Shown here: positions 37,778-46,509 of the stretch, piece after piece | Layout of the letters: the number at the start of each line of letters is the position of its first letter | Position numbering within the stretch: position 1 is the stretch's first letter | Assembly: GCA_900552365.1 (NCBI GenBank) | Contig: URZP01000001.1 | Coordinates: 1 to 57,013 of the forward strand | DNA length: 57,013 bases | Direction: 5' to 3' | DNA from: an uncultured Coriobacteriaceae bacterium | Lineage (GTDB): Bacteria; Actinomycetota; Coriobacteriia; Coriobacteriales; Eggerthellaceae | Translations under genes and position numbers: made by a program | The notes under the pieces: model-generated | Told to the model about the DNA's origin: nothing | Seen by the model: only the letters and a program-made list of their open reading frames with translations | Database searches by the model: none

Positions 37778-38983
37778 ATGGGCGAAGCGCGCGACGAAGC
37801 TAAGGGCATGGGATCTGAAAAGGGCTCTTCGAGGTTGATCTGGCTTTTGGCTCTTTGCTGCTTTGTTCTAGGTTGCTCTCAGCAGTATATCTTGGGTGTG
37901 CCCGACCAGGTTGCCGCAACGCTTGACATCTCGCTTGGTCAGGTTAGCCTTCTTATGACGGCGTTCGGCCTGATCAACGCCTTCCTGGCGCCCGTCATCG
38001 TTATGCTGACTGCGCGCTATTCGGCTCGCGTCCAGCTTCTGATTGGCTTGGCGTGCATGGCAGTCGGCCTTCTTATGACCGCAGTTACCAGTATCTTTCC
38101 GCTTCAGATGGTTGCGCGCGGCATCATGGGAATGGGCAACGGCGCGTTCGTGGCCACGGCGTATTCCGCTTCGCAGAAGCTTGCTGCGCCCGGAAAGCAG
38201 GCAAGCGCCATGGCCAACGTGGCCCTGGGCTTCAGCGCGGCGTCGGTTTTGGCCATGCCCATTGCCCGCGCATTGCGCGAGAGCGTTAACTGGCAGAACG
38301 CGTACCTGGTCATCGCTATCTTCGCGGTGGCGGCCTTCCTTGTCATCGCTAAGGTGTTCCCGAACACGGCTCCCGACACCGAGGACCTTACCGTCAAACA
38401 GCGCCTTGCTCCGCTGGCGAACAAGGCGGTGATGTTCGCCTATGCTGGCACGACTTTCATGGTTTGCGCTTTCGCCTGCTTCTACACGTACGTCACGCCG
38501 TTCCTGGATGCGTTCGCGCCGCAATTCAACGCGTATCTGAGCGTCGTCTTGCTGGTTGTCGGCCTGATGAGCATGCTGGGCACAAAGCTTCACGGTTGGC
38601 TTGCCGACCGTGTTGGCCTTCGCATTGCGATTATGACCAGCTTCATCTGCTCGACGTTGTCGCTGCTTTTGATCTTCTTCTGCGAGGGTGCGGGCTTGGG
38701 CCTTGTTGGCGCCCTTTGCCTGTATCAGCTGTTCGCATGGGCGTTTCTGCCTGTTCAGAACACGCTTTTGGCGTCCATTGCGGGCGATGGCGCGCGTATG
38801 GCCATTGCTCTTTCGAGCTCGTTCTTGCAGCTGGGCAATGCCATCGGTGCGGCCATTGCCGGCATCGCCGTTTCGTCGGCCCCGTTCGGTGCGCTTCCGC
38901 TGATCGCTTTCCCGTTCGCGCTGCTCGCCATTGCGGCCGAAGTCACGGCGCTTACGTTTGCTGCTAAGAAGATGGCGAGGTAA
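37778..38983 (+). CDS. MFS transporter (12 TM), paralogue 2
   Basis: 'LIWLLALCCFVLGCSQQYILGVPDQVA' here compares with 'LVWLLAVCCFILGSAQQYLLGVPDQIA' in paralogue 1. The similarity continues along the whole length. Confidence 0.8.
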   Translation: MGEARDEAKGMGSEKGSSRLIWLLALCCFVLGCSQQYILGVPDQVAATLDISLGQVSLLMTAFGLINAFLAPVIVMLTARYSARVQLLIGLACMAVGLLMTAVTSIFPLQMVARGIMGMGNGAFVATAYSASQKLAAPGKQASAMANVALGFSAASVLAMPIARALRESVNWQNAYLVIAIFAVAAFLVIAKVFPNTAPDTEDLTVKQRLAPLANKAVMFAYAGTTFMVCAFACFYTYVTPFLDAFAPQFNAYLSVVLLVVGLMSMLGTKLHGWLADRVGLRIAIMTSFICSTLSLLLIFFCEGAGLGLVGALCLYQLFAWAFLPVQNTLLASIAGDGARMAIALSSSFLQLGNAIGAAIAGIAVSSAPFGALPLIAFPFALLAIAAEVTALTFAAKKMAR

Positions 38984-39154
38984 CTCGGCTTTCCCTATAC
39001 GTTCGGGTTTGTCGTGCTTGCTGCTTTATGATTCGGGTTTTGATCTGCAGATGGTTTGAATCGGTCGAAGCCCGCTTGCTTCTCGATTAATCTACCCCCT
39101 ATGGGTTAATATGCCGGCGTGCGCCACGCGCGACGTTGGCTGGGAGGTAGCTAC

Positions 39155-39829
39155 ATGAATACGAAAACCAAGCGCAGAATGATGGCGGTCACCGGCGTCG
39201 TTGTCATCGCTCTTGTTGTCGTGCTTGCCGTTGTGGGCGGAAGCTCTGCGGCGCGCAACGTCTCCGTTGCCGAAGCTGCTTCGGGTTCGGTTCACGACGC
39301 CAAGGTCAAGGTTTCCGGCAAGGTCGTGCCCAACTCGTTCTCCACCGACAACAACGTGCTTGTCTTCTCGATTTACGATTCCGAGGTCGACCCCGATGCA
39401 CAGACCGCTTTGAAGGTTCGTTACGACGGTGGCGTTTCCTCCACGTTCGGCAACGACGTCGAGGCTATCTGCACCGGAAAGGTTGGTTCCGACGGCGTGC
39501 TGCAGTGCACCGAGTTGGTCACGAAGTGCCCCTCGAAGTACGAGAACGCGTCCGAGGCCCTTTCGGTTGAGAAACTGCTTTCGTACGGTGCCGATGTCTA
39601 CGACAAGCCGGTCAAGATCGTGGGAACGGTTGCAGCGGGTTCGATCGCCTCTGCGACTGCTGATCAGCGCTTCGTTGTGCAAGATTCCGCCACGCCCGAC
39701 GTTCAGCTTCCCGTTTCGTTCGAGGGTGGCTTGCCTGACAACCTTTCCGAGGGATCGTCCGTCGTTCTTACCGGTGCGCTCTCTTCTGAGGGCAAGTTCG
39801 TTGCGACCGAGGTCGCTCTGGAGGGATAA
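39155..39829 (+). CDS. ccmE: Cytochrome c maturation heme chaperone CcmE, variant CxxxY type, with a second CcmE-like OB domain
   Basis: A TM anchor is followed by 'VKVSGKVVPNSF...VFSIYDSE...VRYDGGVSSTFGNDVEAICTGKV...ELVTKCPSKYE', which parallels E. coli 'LRVGGMVMPGS...FTIYDAEG...[23 protein letters not shown]...EVLAKHDENY'. Cys125 (nt 39527-39529) replaces the heme-binding His. Residues from about 140 to 224 repeat the OB pattern without the motif. Confidence 0.8.
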   Translation: MNTKTKRRMMAVTGVVVIALVVVLAVVGGSSAARNVSVAEAASGSVHDAKVKVSGKVVPNSFSTDNNVLVFSIYDSEVDPDAQTALKVRYDGGVSSTFGNDVEAICTGKVGSDGVLQCTELVTKCPSKYENASEALSVEKLLSYGADVYDKPVKIVGTVAAGSIASATADQRFVVQDSATPDVQLPVSFEGGLPDNLSEGSSVVLTGALSSEGKFVATEVALEG

Positions 39830-39834
39830 CCAGC

Positions 39835-42078
39835 ATGTCCATGTTCGGCTACGGATGTTTGATCGTTTCTCTTGTTGCCGCAATCGCGGCAACGGTTCTG
39901 CTTGCAGCGGGCCAGGTTCTTTCTGCCCGATCCGGTAAGGCGGGCACGGCGGAAGGGCAGGGGGAAAGCGACCGCGCTGCCGCGCTTTCGAGGTTTGGTC
40001 GCGCGCTGTCCGTGGTCGTTGCGGCGGCCTTGTTCGTTTGCTGCGCTATTCTGGTTTACTGTTTCTTCGCGGGTGACTACTCCATTCTGTACGTGCTGCA
40101 GGAGCGCTCGCTTTCCACCAGCAACCTTGCTTGGCTCTACAAGTTGTCGGGCCTGTGGGCGGGTCGTGCGGGTTCGTTGATGTTCTGGGCCTTCATCATC
40201 TCGCTGTTCGTGGTTGCGCTGTGCGTTCGCGCGCGCAAGGACGCTTCGACGATGGACAACATGGCCATCCTGGTCATGAACGTGGTCCTGCTTGCGTTCT
40301 TGGGCGTTCTTGTGTTCTCGGAAAGCAACATGCCCTTTACGGCAACCCCGGCAAGCTACTTCAATTCCGATGGCTCTCTTACCGCTGTCGCTTCGATGAG
40401 CGGCATGAACTCGCTGCTTGAGCATTGGGCCATGGCCATTCACCCGCCTGTTCTGTTCGTGGGCTACGCTGGCATGGCAGTGCCGTTCGCGTACGCCATC
40501 GCCACGCTCATCGTTGGTGACTCGTCGGCGAAGTGGGTCGAGCGTTCCTCTCGCTTCACGCTGTTCAGCTGGCTTTTCCTGGGCGCGGGCATCGGCCTTG
40601 GCGCCGTGTGGGCTTACGTTGTGCTGGGCTGGGGCGGCTACTGGGGCTGGGACCCGGTCGAGAACGCCAGCTTGCTTTCGTGGTTGGTGGGCGTTGCCTT
40701 AATCCACACGTTCACGGTTTACCGCCAGCGCGGTGCGTTCAAGCGTTGGGCTGTTATGTGCGCCTGCCTTGCGTTCGCGTTCGTCATCGTGGGCACGTTC
40801 ATTTCCCGTTCGGGCATCGTTCAGTCCGTTCATGCATTCGAGGGCGATCCCGTTTCGCTCGCGCTGTTCGGCTCGCTGATCGCGCTTGCGGTTCTGGCTG
40901 GCATCGTTGGCTTGGCAATTCGTTGGAAGCAGTTCGACGCCGAGACCGAGGGTGGCGACGACGTCGAGAACATGGTCTCCAAGGACGCTGCTTACTACTT
41001 CAACAACGTGATCATGATCGTATTCACGCTTCTGCTTACCTACATGACCGTTTCGTCCGCGTTGCCGTCGTGGCTTCCGTTCGGCGGTCAGTCGCTGGGT
41101 ACCACGTCGTATGATTCCATCGCGCGCCCGCTGGGCATCGTGTACCTGTTCATTTTGGCGGTGTGCCCCCTGCTTGCCTGGGGAAAGACCGACCCGAAGA
41201 AGTTCTTCAAGCAGGCGAAGGTTCCAGGCATCTGCGCTTTGGCTCTGTTCGCGGTTTTGCTGGCGTATTACGTGACCACGTTGATGCCTGCGTACTTCGA
41301 CATGCTTTCTCTTGACAACAGCAAGTCCGCCGCACTGGCCGAGGCGGGCCCCTCGTGGTACTACGTCGGTCTTTCCGTTGTCGGCTTGTTCGTGGCCAGC
41401 CTGCTGTTCTTCAACGCGCTGTTCATGATCGGTCGCGGCATTTCGCGCTATGCGAAGGTGCACAAGACGAACGTGCTCTCTTCGGCTATTGGCCTGTTCC
41501 GCAATCATGCGGCAACGTACGGCGGCGCATTGGCCCATGTCAGCATGGCGATCATCTTGGTCGGCCTTATCGGCTCGTCCATGTACGTTACCGAGAAGAC
41601 GGGCTATCTGCCTTACGATTCCCAGACGGACACCTCGTCTGCCGAGTTCACCATTCAGGATTACACGCTTAAGATGGCAGGCACCGCCGACTCCGCAAAC
41701 CAGGCGACTTACACCGTCTCGTCGCAGCTTGATTTCGATGTGTACCGCGGCGGCGAGTACGTCGGCCAGGTTCATCCGTCTGTTCAGCAAAACGTGATGA
41801 CCCAGCAGCAGAAGCTCGACGCTGGCGTTATCAGCTTCGCCGACGAGGATCTCTTCGTGGTTTACCGCGGCTTGAGCGCCACGGGTTCGCTGTCGCTTGA
41901 CGTTCGTGTGAACCCGTTGATCTCGCTTGTGTGGTCTGGCTTCGGTTTGTTGATGGTTGCCATCGTGCTTGCGCTGGCAGGTCGTCGTGGTTCGGGCGAG
42001 CTGCTTGCTACGTCTGGCGCCGCGGGTTCCGACGTGAAGCAGGGCGAATCTGCCAATGCGAAAGCTTGCGAGGCGTAA
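39835..42078 (+). CDS. ccmF: Cytochrome c-type biogenesis protein CcmF (heme lyase component)
   Basis: The 747-aa polytopic protein carries the WWD motif 'WGGYWGWDPVEN' (about nt 40629-40664). Confidence 0.9.
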   Translation: MSMFGYGCLIVSLVAAIAATVLLAAGQVLSARSGKAGTAEGQGESDRAAALSRFGRALSVVVAAALFVCCAILVYCFFAGDYSILYVLQERSLSTSNLAWLYKLSGLWAGRAGSLMFWAFIISLFVVALCVRARKDASTMDNMAILVMNVVLLAFLGVLVFSESNMPFTATPASYFNSDGSLTAVASMSGMNSLLEHWAMAIHPPVLFVGYAGMAVPFAYAIATLIVGDSSAKWVERSSRFTLFSWLFLGAGIGLGAVWAYVVLGWGGYWGWDPVENASLLSWLVGVALIHTFTVYRQRGAFKRWAVMCACLAFAFVIVGTFISRSGIVQSVHAFEGDPVSLALFGSLIALAVLAGIVGLAIRWKQFDAETEGGDDVENMVSKDAAYYFNNVIMIVFTLLLTYMTVSSALPSWLPFGGQSLGTTSYDSIARPLGIVYLFILAVCPLLAWGKTDPKKFFKQAKVPGICALALFAVLLAYYVTTLMPAYFDMLSLDNSKSAALAEAGPSWYYVGLSVVGLFVASLLFFNALFMIGRGISRYAKVHKTNVLSSAIGLFRNHAATYGGALAHVSMAIILVGLIGSSMYVTEKTGYLPYDSQTDTSSAEFTIQDYTLKMAGTADSANQATYTVSSQLDFDVYRGGEYVGQVHPSVQQNVMTQQQKLDAGVISFADEDLFVVYRGLSATGSLSLDVRVNPLISLVWSGFGLLMVAIVLALAGRRGSGELLATSGAAGSDVKQGESANAKACEA

Positions 42079-42808
42079 GTTGGATTCCGTTCAGGGCAAA
42101 CCCGCAATCGAAGTAAAGCACCTGAGCAAGGTGTTCGGCACGCGTCGCGCTGTTGACGACGTCAGCTTCGTTTTGCCACAAGGTGCTTTCTTGTCGATCT
42201 TCGGCCCCAACGGTGCCGGCAAAACCACGCTCTTGCGCGTGTTATCCACGCTTGCGCGCGCTTCGTCTGGCGAGGCGCGCGTCATGGGCGTCAACGTGAA
42301 GGAAGAGCCCGACGCCGCGCGCAACTTCATCGGTTTGATCTCGCATCAGCCCATGCTGTACCCCGACCTCACGGCCGAGGAGAATCTGCTGTTGTATGCC
42401 GAGCTGTACGGCGTTGCCGATCCGCAAAAGCGCGTGAACGAATTGCTTGATGTGGTGGGCCTTTCGCATCGCAGGCTCGACCCGGTGCGCACGTTCTCGA
42501 AGGGAATGACGCAGCGCGTGGCCATCGCCCGCGCTATCGTCCACGACCCGGCGGTCGTGTTTCTTGACGAGCCGTATTCCGGGCTTGACCCGCATGCGGT
42601 CGACATCTTCGATAGTCTGATCGCCGATATCCGCGACGAGCACACGTTCGTCATGGTCAGTCATGATTTACGGAAGGGTTTCGCCATGTGCTCGCATGCG
42701 TTGGTTCTGGCTCGCGGCCGCGTGGTTTCCTTCGACGATAAAAACGCGTTGGATTTCAGTGAGTTCTCGCAGCTGTATCGCGAGACTGTTGGAATGGGGG
42801 TTGCCTGA
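42056..42808 (+). CDS. ccmA: Heme exporter ATP-binding protein CcmA
   Basis: ABC motifs 'GPNGAGKTT', 'FSKGMTQR' and 'VFLDEPYSGLD' are present. The assignment rests on context between ccmF and ccmB. The start (ATG 42056 or TTG 42080) is uncertain. Confidence 0.75.
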   Translation: MRKLARRKLDSVQGKPAIEVKHLSKVFGTRRAVDDVSFVLPQGAFLSIFGPNGAGKTTLLRVLSTLARASSGEARVMGVNVKEEPDAARNFIGLISHQPMLYPDLTAEENLLLYAELYGVADPQKRVNELLDVVGLSHRRLDPVRTFSKGMTQRVAIARAIVHDPAVVFLDEPYSGLDPHAVDIFDSLIADIRDEHTFVMVSHDLRKGFAMCSHALVLARGRVVSFDDKNALDFSEFSQLYRETVGMGVA

Positions 42809-43515
42809 TGTTGCAGACGCCTTCAACTTTCCAACAGTACAAGACGCTTCTTCGCAAGGATCTCCAACAGGAATTCCGCACGCACGACATGGTCGTGTCC
42901 ATGGGGCTGTTCGCGCTGTTGGTCATCATCGTGTACGGCGCTGCGCTTGCTCAGACCGCGGCAAGCCTGGACATCGTGCGCATGTCGGGTGGTCTTATCT
43001 GGGCGCTCATCGTGTTCACGTCGCTGTTGGGCTTGAACCGCTCGTTCTCGCACGAGAAGGAGCAAGGCTGCCTTGAGGGCATCTTGCTGGTTCCGCTTGA
43101 TCGTTCGGTTGTTTACCTGGCGAAGGCCACATCTAACTTCCTGTTCCTGCTTGCGGTCGAGATCATCGCCGTGCCGCTGTTCGTGTTTTTCTTCATGACC
43201 ACCGAGACGTTCTCGGATTCGTTCTTGTTCTTAGTGTTTCCGCTGCTTTTGGGCACCGTGGGAATCGCGGGCATCGGCACCATGCTTTCGACCATCACCG
43301 TCAACACGCGTGGCAAGGACGTCATGCTGGCGGTGCTGTTCATCCCGCTGATCTACCCGCTGCTGTACGCATGCGTGACCGCAACGACGGCGGCCATCTG
43401 CGGTGGCGAGTTTTGGATGGATTCGTATACGATGCCGCTTGTCATGGCGGCAGGATATGATGTGATCATGTTGGCCCTTTGTTGGGTTTTGTACAACTTC
43501 ATCATTTCGGCTTAG
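42808..43515 (+). CDS. ccmB: Heme exporter membrane protein CcmB
   Basis: It is a six-TM protein with a CcmB-like N-terminus ('LLRKDLQQEFRTHD') and 'FSHEKEQGCLEG'. Its ATG shares one nt with the ccmA TGA. Confidence 0.8.
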   Translation: MLQTPSTFQQYKTLLRKDLQQEFRTHDMVVSMGLFALLVIIVYGAALAQTAASLDIVRMSGGLIWALIVFTSLLGLNRSFSHEKEQGCLEGILLVPLDRSVVYLAKATSNFLFLLAVEIIAVPLFVFFFMTTETFSDSFLFLVFPLLLGTVGIAGIGTMLSTITVNTRGKDVMLAVLFIPLIYPLLYACVTATTAAICGGEFWMDSYTMPLVMAAGYDVIMLALCWVLYNFIISA

Positions 43516-43603
43516 CTTGCGGTTTAAGACGCGAGAGCCGCGAAGACCGATCTTTAAATTGATCGGAAGTAACTTGCAATACCGAACCTAGGTTAGGAGC
43601 AGG

Positions 43604-44368
43604 ATGGCGAACAATAAGAACGTGAAGATCCCCGAAGCGGGGCAGTGGCCCGACAAGCTGCTTGTTCCGGCGCTGATCGCGGGCCTTGTGCTTACCACCG
43701 TGGGCTTTCTGCTGGCGTTTTTGTGGGTAGGGCCGGTCAACGGTGCCGCGGTGAACGGGTTCGCCCTTATCGGCGGTCGCATGGTCACCAACATCCAGCT
43801 GCTTTCGCAGAAGATCTTCTACTTCCACATGCCGGTGGCTATCACCTCGTTCGTGCTGATGGGCTTCGCGGGGTATTACGCTGTCCGCTTTCTTATGACG
43901 AAGAACCAGCGTTTCGACACCTGCTCGCGCGTTGCCCTTGAGGGGTCGCTGCTGTTTATCATCATGACTATGTTCACGGGCGACCTGTGGACCCGTTTCG
44001 AATGGGGCGTGTGGTGGACGTGGGACCCTAGGCTTACCACGTACCTTATCCTGATGCTCATCGTCATTGCATGCTTCGTGCTGCGCAACTCCATTGACGA
44101 GCCCGAGCGTCGCGCGACGTATTGCTCGGTTATCACCATCATCGCGTTCGTCGATGTGCCGATTTGCATGATGATCACGCGTATGATCCCGTCGAGCCTT
44201 CATCCCGTGGTGACTCGCGAGGGCGGAATGACGGGCGACATGGCCATCACGCTCGTGCTTATCGTCGTCGGTATGCTGCTTATCGGGTTCGCGTTGTACC
44301 GCACGCGCTTCCGCCAGCTTCGCGTTGCCGAGCGCATCCAATCCATCACCGACCAGCTTGAAGACTAA
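43604..44368 (+). CDS. ccmC: Heme exporter/heme-handling protein CcmC
   Basis: The WWD motif 'WGVWWTWDPRLTT' is present, and the RBS AGGAGC precedes the ATG. Confidence 0.9.
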   Translation: MANNKNVKIPEAGQWPDKLLVPALIAGLVLTTVGFLLAFLWVGPVNGAAVNGFALIGGRMVTNIQLLSQKIFYFHMPVAITSFVLMGFAGYYAVRFLMTKNQRFDTCSRVALEGSLLFIIMTMFTGDLWTRFEWGVWWTWDPRLTTYLILMLIVIACFVLRNSIDEPERRATYCSVITIIAFVDVPICMMITRMIPSSLHPVVTREGGMTGDMAITLVLIVVGMLLIGFALYRTRFRQLRVAERIQSITDQLED

Positions 44369-44379
44369 GGGGAACGAAT

Positions 44380-44580
44380 ATGGATCCTATTTTGCAAGAG
44401 ATTTACAGCACCGTCGTTCCGTCTGCGCCGTTTTTGATTGCGGCCTACGCGCTTCTGTGGGCGGCGCTTTTGGTGTACGTCGTCGTCATGCAGCGCGGCC
44501 TTAAGAACTCAGAGAAGCGATTGGATCTGCTTGAAACCGAGTTGGCTTCAAAGAAGCCAAGCGACAGCCTCCAGGGTTAA
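44380..44580 (+). CDS. ccmD: CcmD-like small single-TM protein
   Basis: The 66-aa product has one TM segment ('FLIAAYALLWAALLVYVVVM') followed by a basic segment. It sits directly after ccmC. Confidence 0.6.
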   Translation: MDPILQEIYSTVVPSAPFLIAAYALLWAALLVYVVVMQRGLKNSEKRLDLLETELASKKPSDSLQG

Positions 44581-44752
44581 AGCCGAGCTGGCTTCGAAGA
44601 GCTCAATTTCCGGCCGCTAAATTCGCGCTGAAACCGAAAACCAAGCTCAAGTAACGGTAGCGGAGCCGTTTGCCCGTGCGGCGAGCGGCTCTGCTTGTCC
44701 GTGGTATCCTGAGACAGTTGCTTTGACATCCAACGAACCGAAAGGGAATCGT

Positions 44753-45565
44753 ATGAAGGCACTTATTCCTGCAGCCGGTTTGGGCACGCGTTTCCTGCCC
44801 GTCACCAAGGCTCAGCCGAAGGAAATGCTCCTGGTCGTTGACAGACCGGTCATCCAATACGTCGTCGAAGAGGGCCTTGCCTCTGCCGCCGACGAAGTCG
44901 TCATCATCAACAGCCACTCCAAGAAGGCCATCGAGGATCACTTCACCCCCGATCCCGAGCTGGTTGCCACGCTGCGCGCTCGCGGCAAGGACGCTTATGC
45001 CGACGAAGTCGAGCGCGTTGGCAACATGAACGTTAGCTACGTGTACCAGGAAGAGGCCCTTGGTCTTGGCCATGCTATCCATTGCGCCGCTGAAAAGACC
45101 GGCGACGAGCCCTTCTACGTGCTGCTGGGCGACGTCATCGTCCCCGACAACAAGATGCTTCCGCGCATGCAGGAAGTTTCTGACGCGCACGGTGGTGCCA
45201 GCGTCATCGCCGTCATGCCCGTTCCCGACGATCAGGTTCACCGTTTCGGCATCATCGCCGGCTCCGAGGTTTCCGAGAACGTTTGGAAGGTCGACTCCCT
45301 GGTTGAGAAGCCTGCTTTGGAAGATGCTCCCTCCAACCTGGCCGTCTTCGGCCGCTACCTGCTGTCTCCGCGCGTCATGGAGCTTCTGGCTACCGTGAAG
45401 CCCGGCGTTGGCGGCGAGATCCAGCTTACCGACGCTCTTGATGAGGTTCTGAAGGAAGAAGAGATGTATGCGCTCGTCATCGATCCTTCCGACGGCTTTG
45501 ACACCGGCACCGTTGCCAGCTGGCTCGAGACGAACAACATCCTTTTCCAGCGTAAGAATTCGTAG
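44753..45565 (+). CDS. galU: UTP-glucose-1-phosphate uridylyltransferase
   Basis: 'KALIPAAGLGTRFLPVTKAQPKEML' and 'VEKP' are present. I prefer the ATG at 44753, after AAAGGGA. Confidence 0.9.
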   Translation: MKALIPAAGLGTRFLPVTKAQPKEMLLVVDRPVIQYVVEEGLASAADEVVIINSHSKKAIEDHFTPDPELVATLRARGKDAYADEVERVGNMNVSYVYQEEALGLGHAIHCAAEKTGDEPFYVLLGDVIVPDNKMLPRMQEVSDAHGGASVIAVMPVPDDQVHRFGIIAGSEVSENVWKVDSLVEKPALEDAPSNLAVFGRYLLSPRVMELLATVKPGVGGEIQLTDALDEVLKEEEMYALVIDPSDGFDTGTVASWLETNNILFQRKNS

Positions 45566-45605
45566 CGATCGTCGGTCGATCCATTCGCGTGCTAAGGAGC
45601 CGTTC

Positions 45606-46493
45606 ATGCCGGATATCGCACTCCGTTTCAACAAGGACATGCTGACGTTGTCGACGCCCGTTCAAAACGCGCTCGCGCGTCAGGGCGTCGATGTCGATGC
45701 CGATCTTGAATACCAGCTTCTGATGGAGCCCGAGGCTATCGTCGATGCCATTCGCCTTGAAGCCGCTGCGGGCGCCCAGTGCCTGGTTGTGCCCACCGAT
45801 GGCATCACCGCCGCGCGCTTGTCGCACAAGCGCATGGAAGGCAAGGCTCATGACCTGGCGCACGCCGCTTGCGCTTGCGCCAACGAGGTGAAGCCCCAGC
45901 ACGTCGTTGCCGCGATCGGCCCCAGCGGTTTGCCCATCGATCCTTCGTCGAAGGCGTCGCTCAACGAGAACCGCGCGCAATACGCCGACGCCGCCAGGGC
46001 ATTCCAGGGCGAGACGTTCGACGCCTTCCTTCTTGATGGCTTCACGCGCAAGGAAGACTTGATGTGCGCGCTTATGGGCCTTGCCCAGGTGGGCGACACC
46101 CCGGTGCTCGCTTCGGTCGTCGTCGATTCCGATGGCGTTACCCCACGCGGCGACACCATCGAGGACGTGTGCGCGCTCATGCAGGAATACGGCGCAAGCG
46201 TCGTCGGCTTCTCCACGTCTGCGGCGCCTGCCGTCGCGGCTAAGCTGGTCCGCCGTGCTGCTTCGGCATGCAGCCTTCCTATCTTGGTTCAGCTTGACGT
46301 GCGCGAGGTCAACCCGCGTCAATTCGAGACCACCGACCAAAACCCGTACTACCGACCCGATGAGATGGTCACCGCCGCAGCGCATCTTCATGCTGCGGGC
46401 GCTCAGTTCATTCGCGCCATCGGCGCGGCGACTCCGTCTTATACGGGTGCCATCGCCGCAACCACGGGCGGTCTTGACGTGCGTCTTTCCTAG
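45606..46493 (+). CDS. Homocysteine S-methyltransferase-fold protein lacking the zinc-ligand cysteines
   Basis: It follows the overall Hcy-binding TIM-barrel pattern ('AAGAQCLVVPTDGIT', 'VVAAIGPSG', 'FDAFLLDGF'). The positions of 'GxNC' and 'GGCCGTTP' read 'VGFSTSA' and 'AIGAATPSY'. The ATG at 45606 follows TAAGGAG. Confidence 0.5.
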   Translation: MPDIALRFNKDMLTLSTPVQNALARQGVDVDADLEYQLLMEPEAIVDAIRLEAAAGAQCLVVPTDGITAARLSHKRMEGKAHDLAHAACACANEVKPQHVVAAIGPSGLPIDPSSKASLNENRAQYADAARAFQGETFDAFLLDGFTRKEDLMCALMGLAQVGDTPVLASVVVDSDGVTPRGDTIEDVCALMQEYGASVVGFSTSAAPAVAAKLVRRAASACSLPILVQLDVREVNPRQFETTDQNPYYRPDEMVTAAAHLHAAGAQFIRAIGAATPSYTGAIAATTGGLDVRLS

Positions 46494-46509
46494 TTCGCGA
46501 GGTGCACGT

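Noticed and set aside
44723-45605. ORF-track N-terminal extensions at 44723 for galU, 45468 for the Hcy-MT-fold gene, 49475 for the DUF948 gene, 54509 for the amidohydrolase, 32449 for Isf and 39119 for ccmE.
   Set aside because: In each case an internal ATG preceded by a good Shine-Dalgarno sequence coincides with the conserved N-terminus of the family. The upstream extension overlaps a neighbouring gene or is compositionally atypical.
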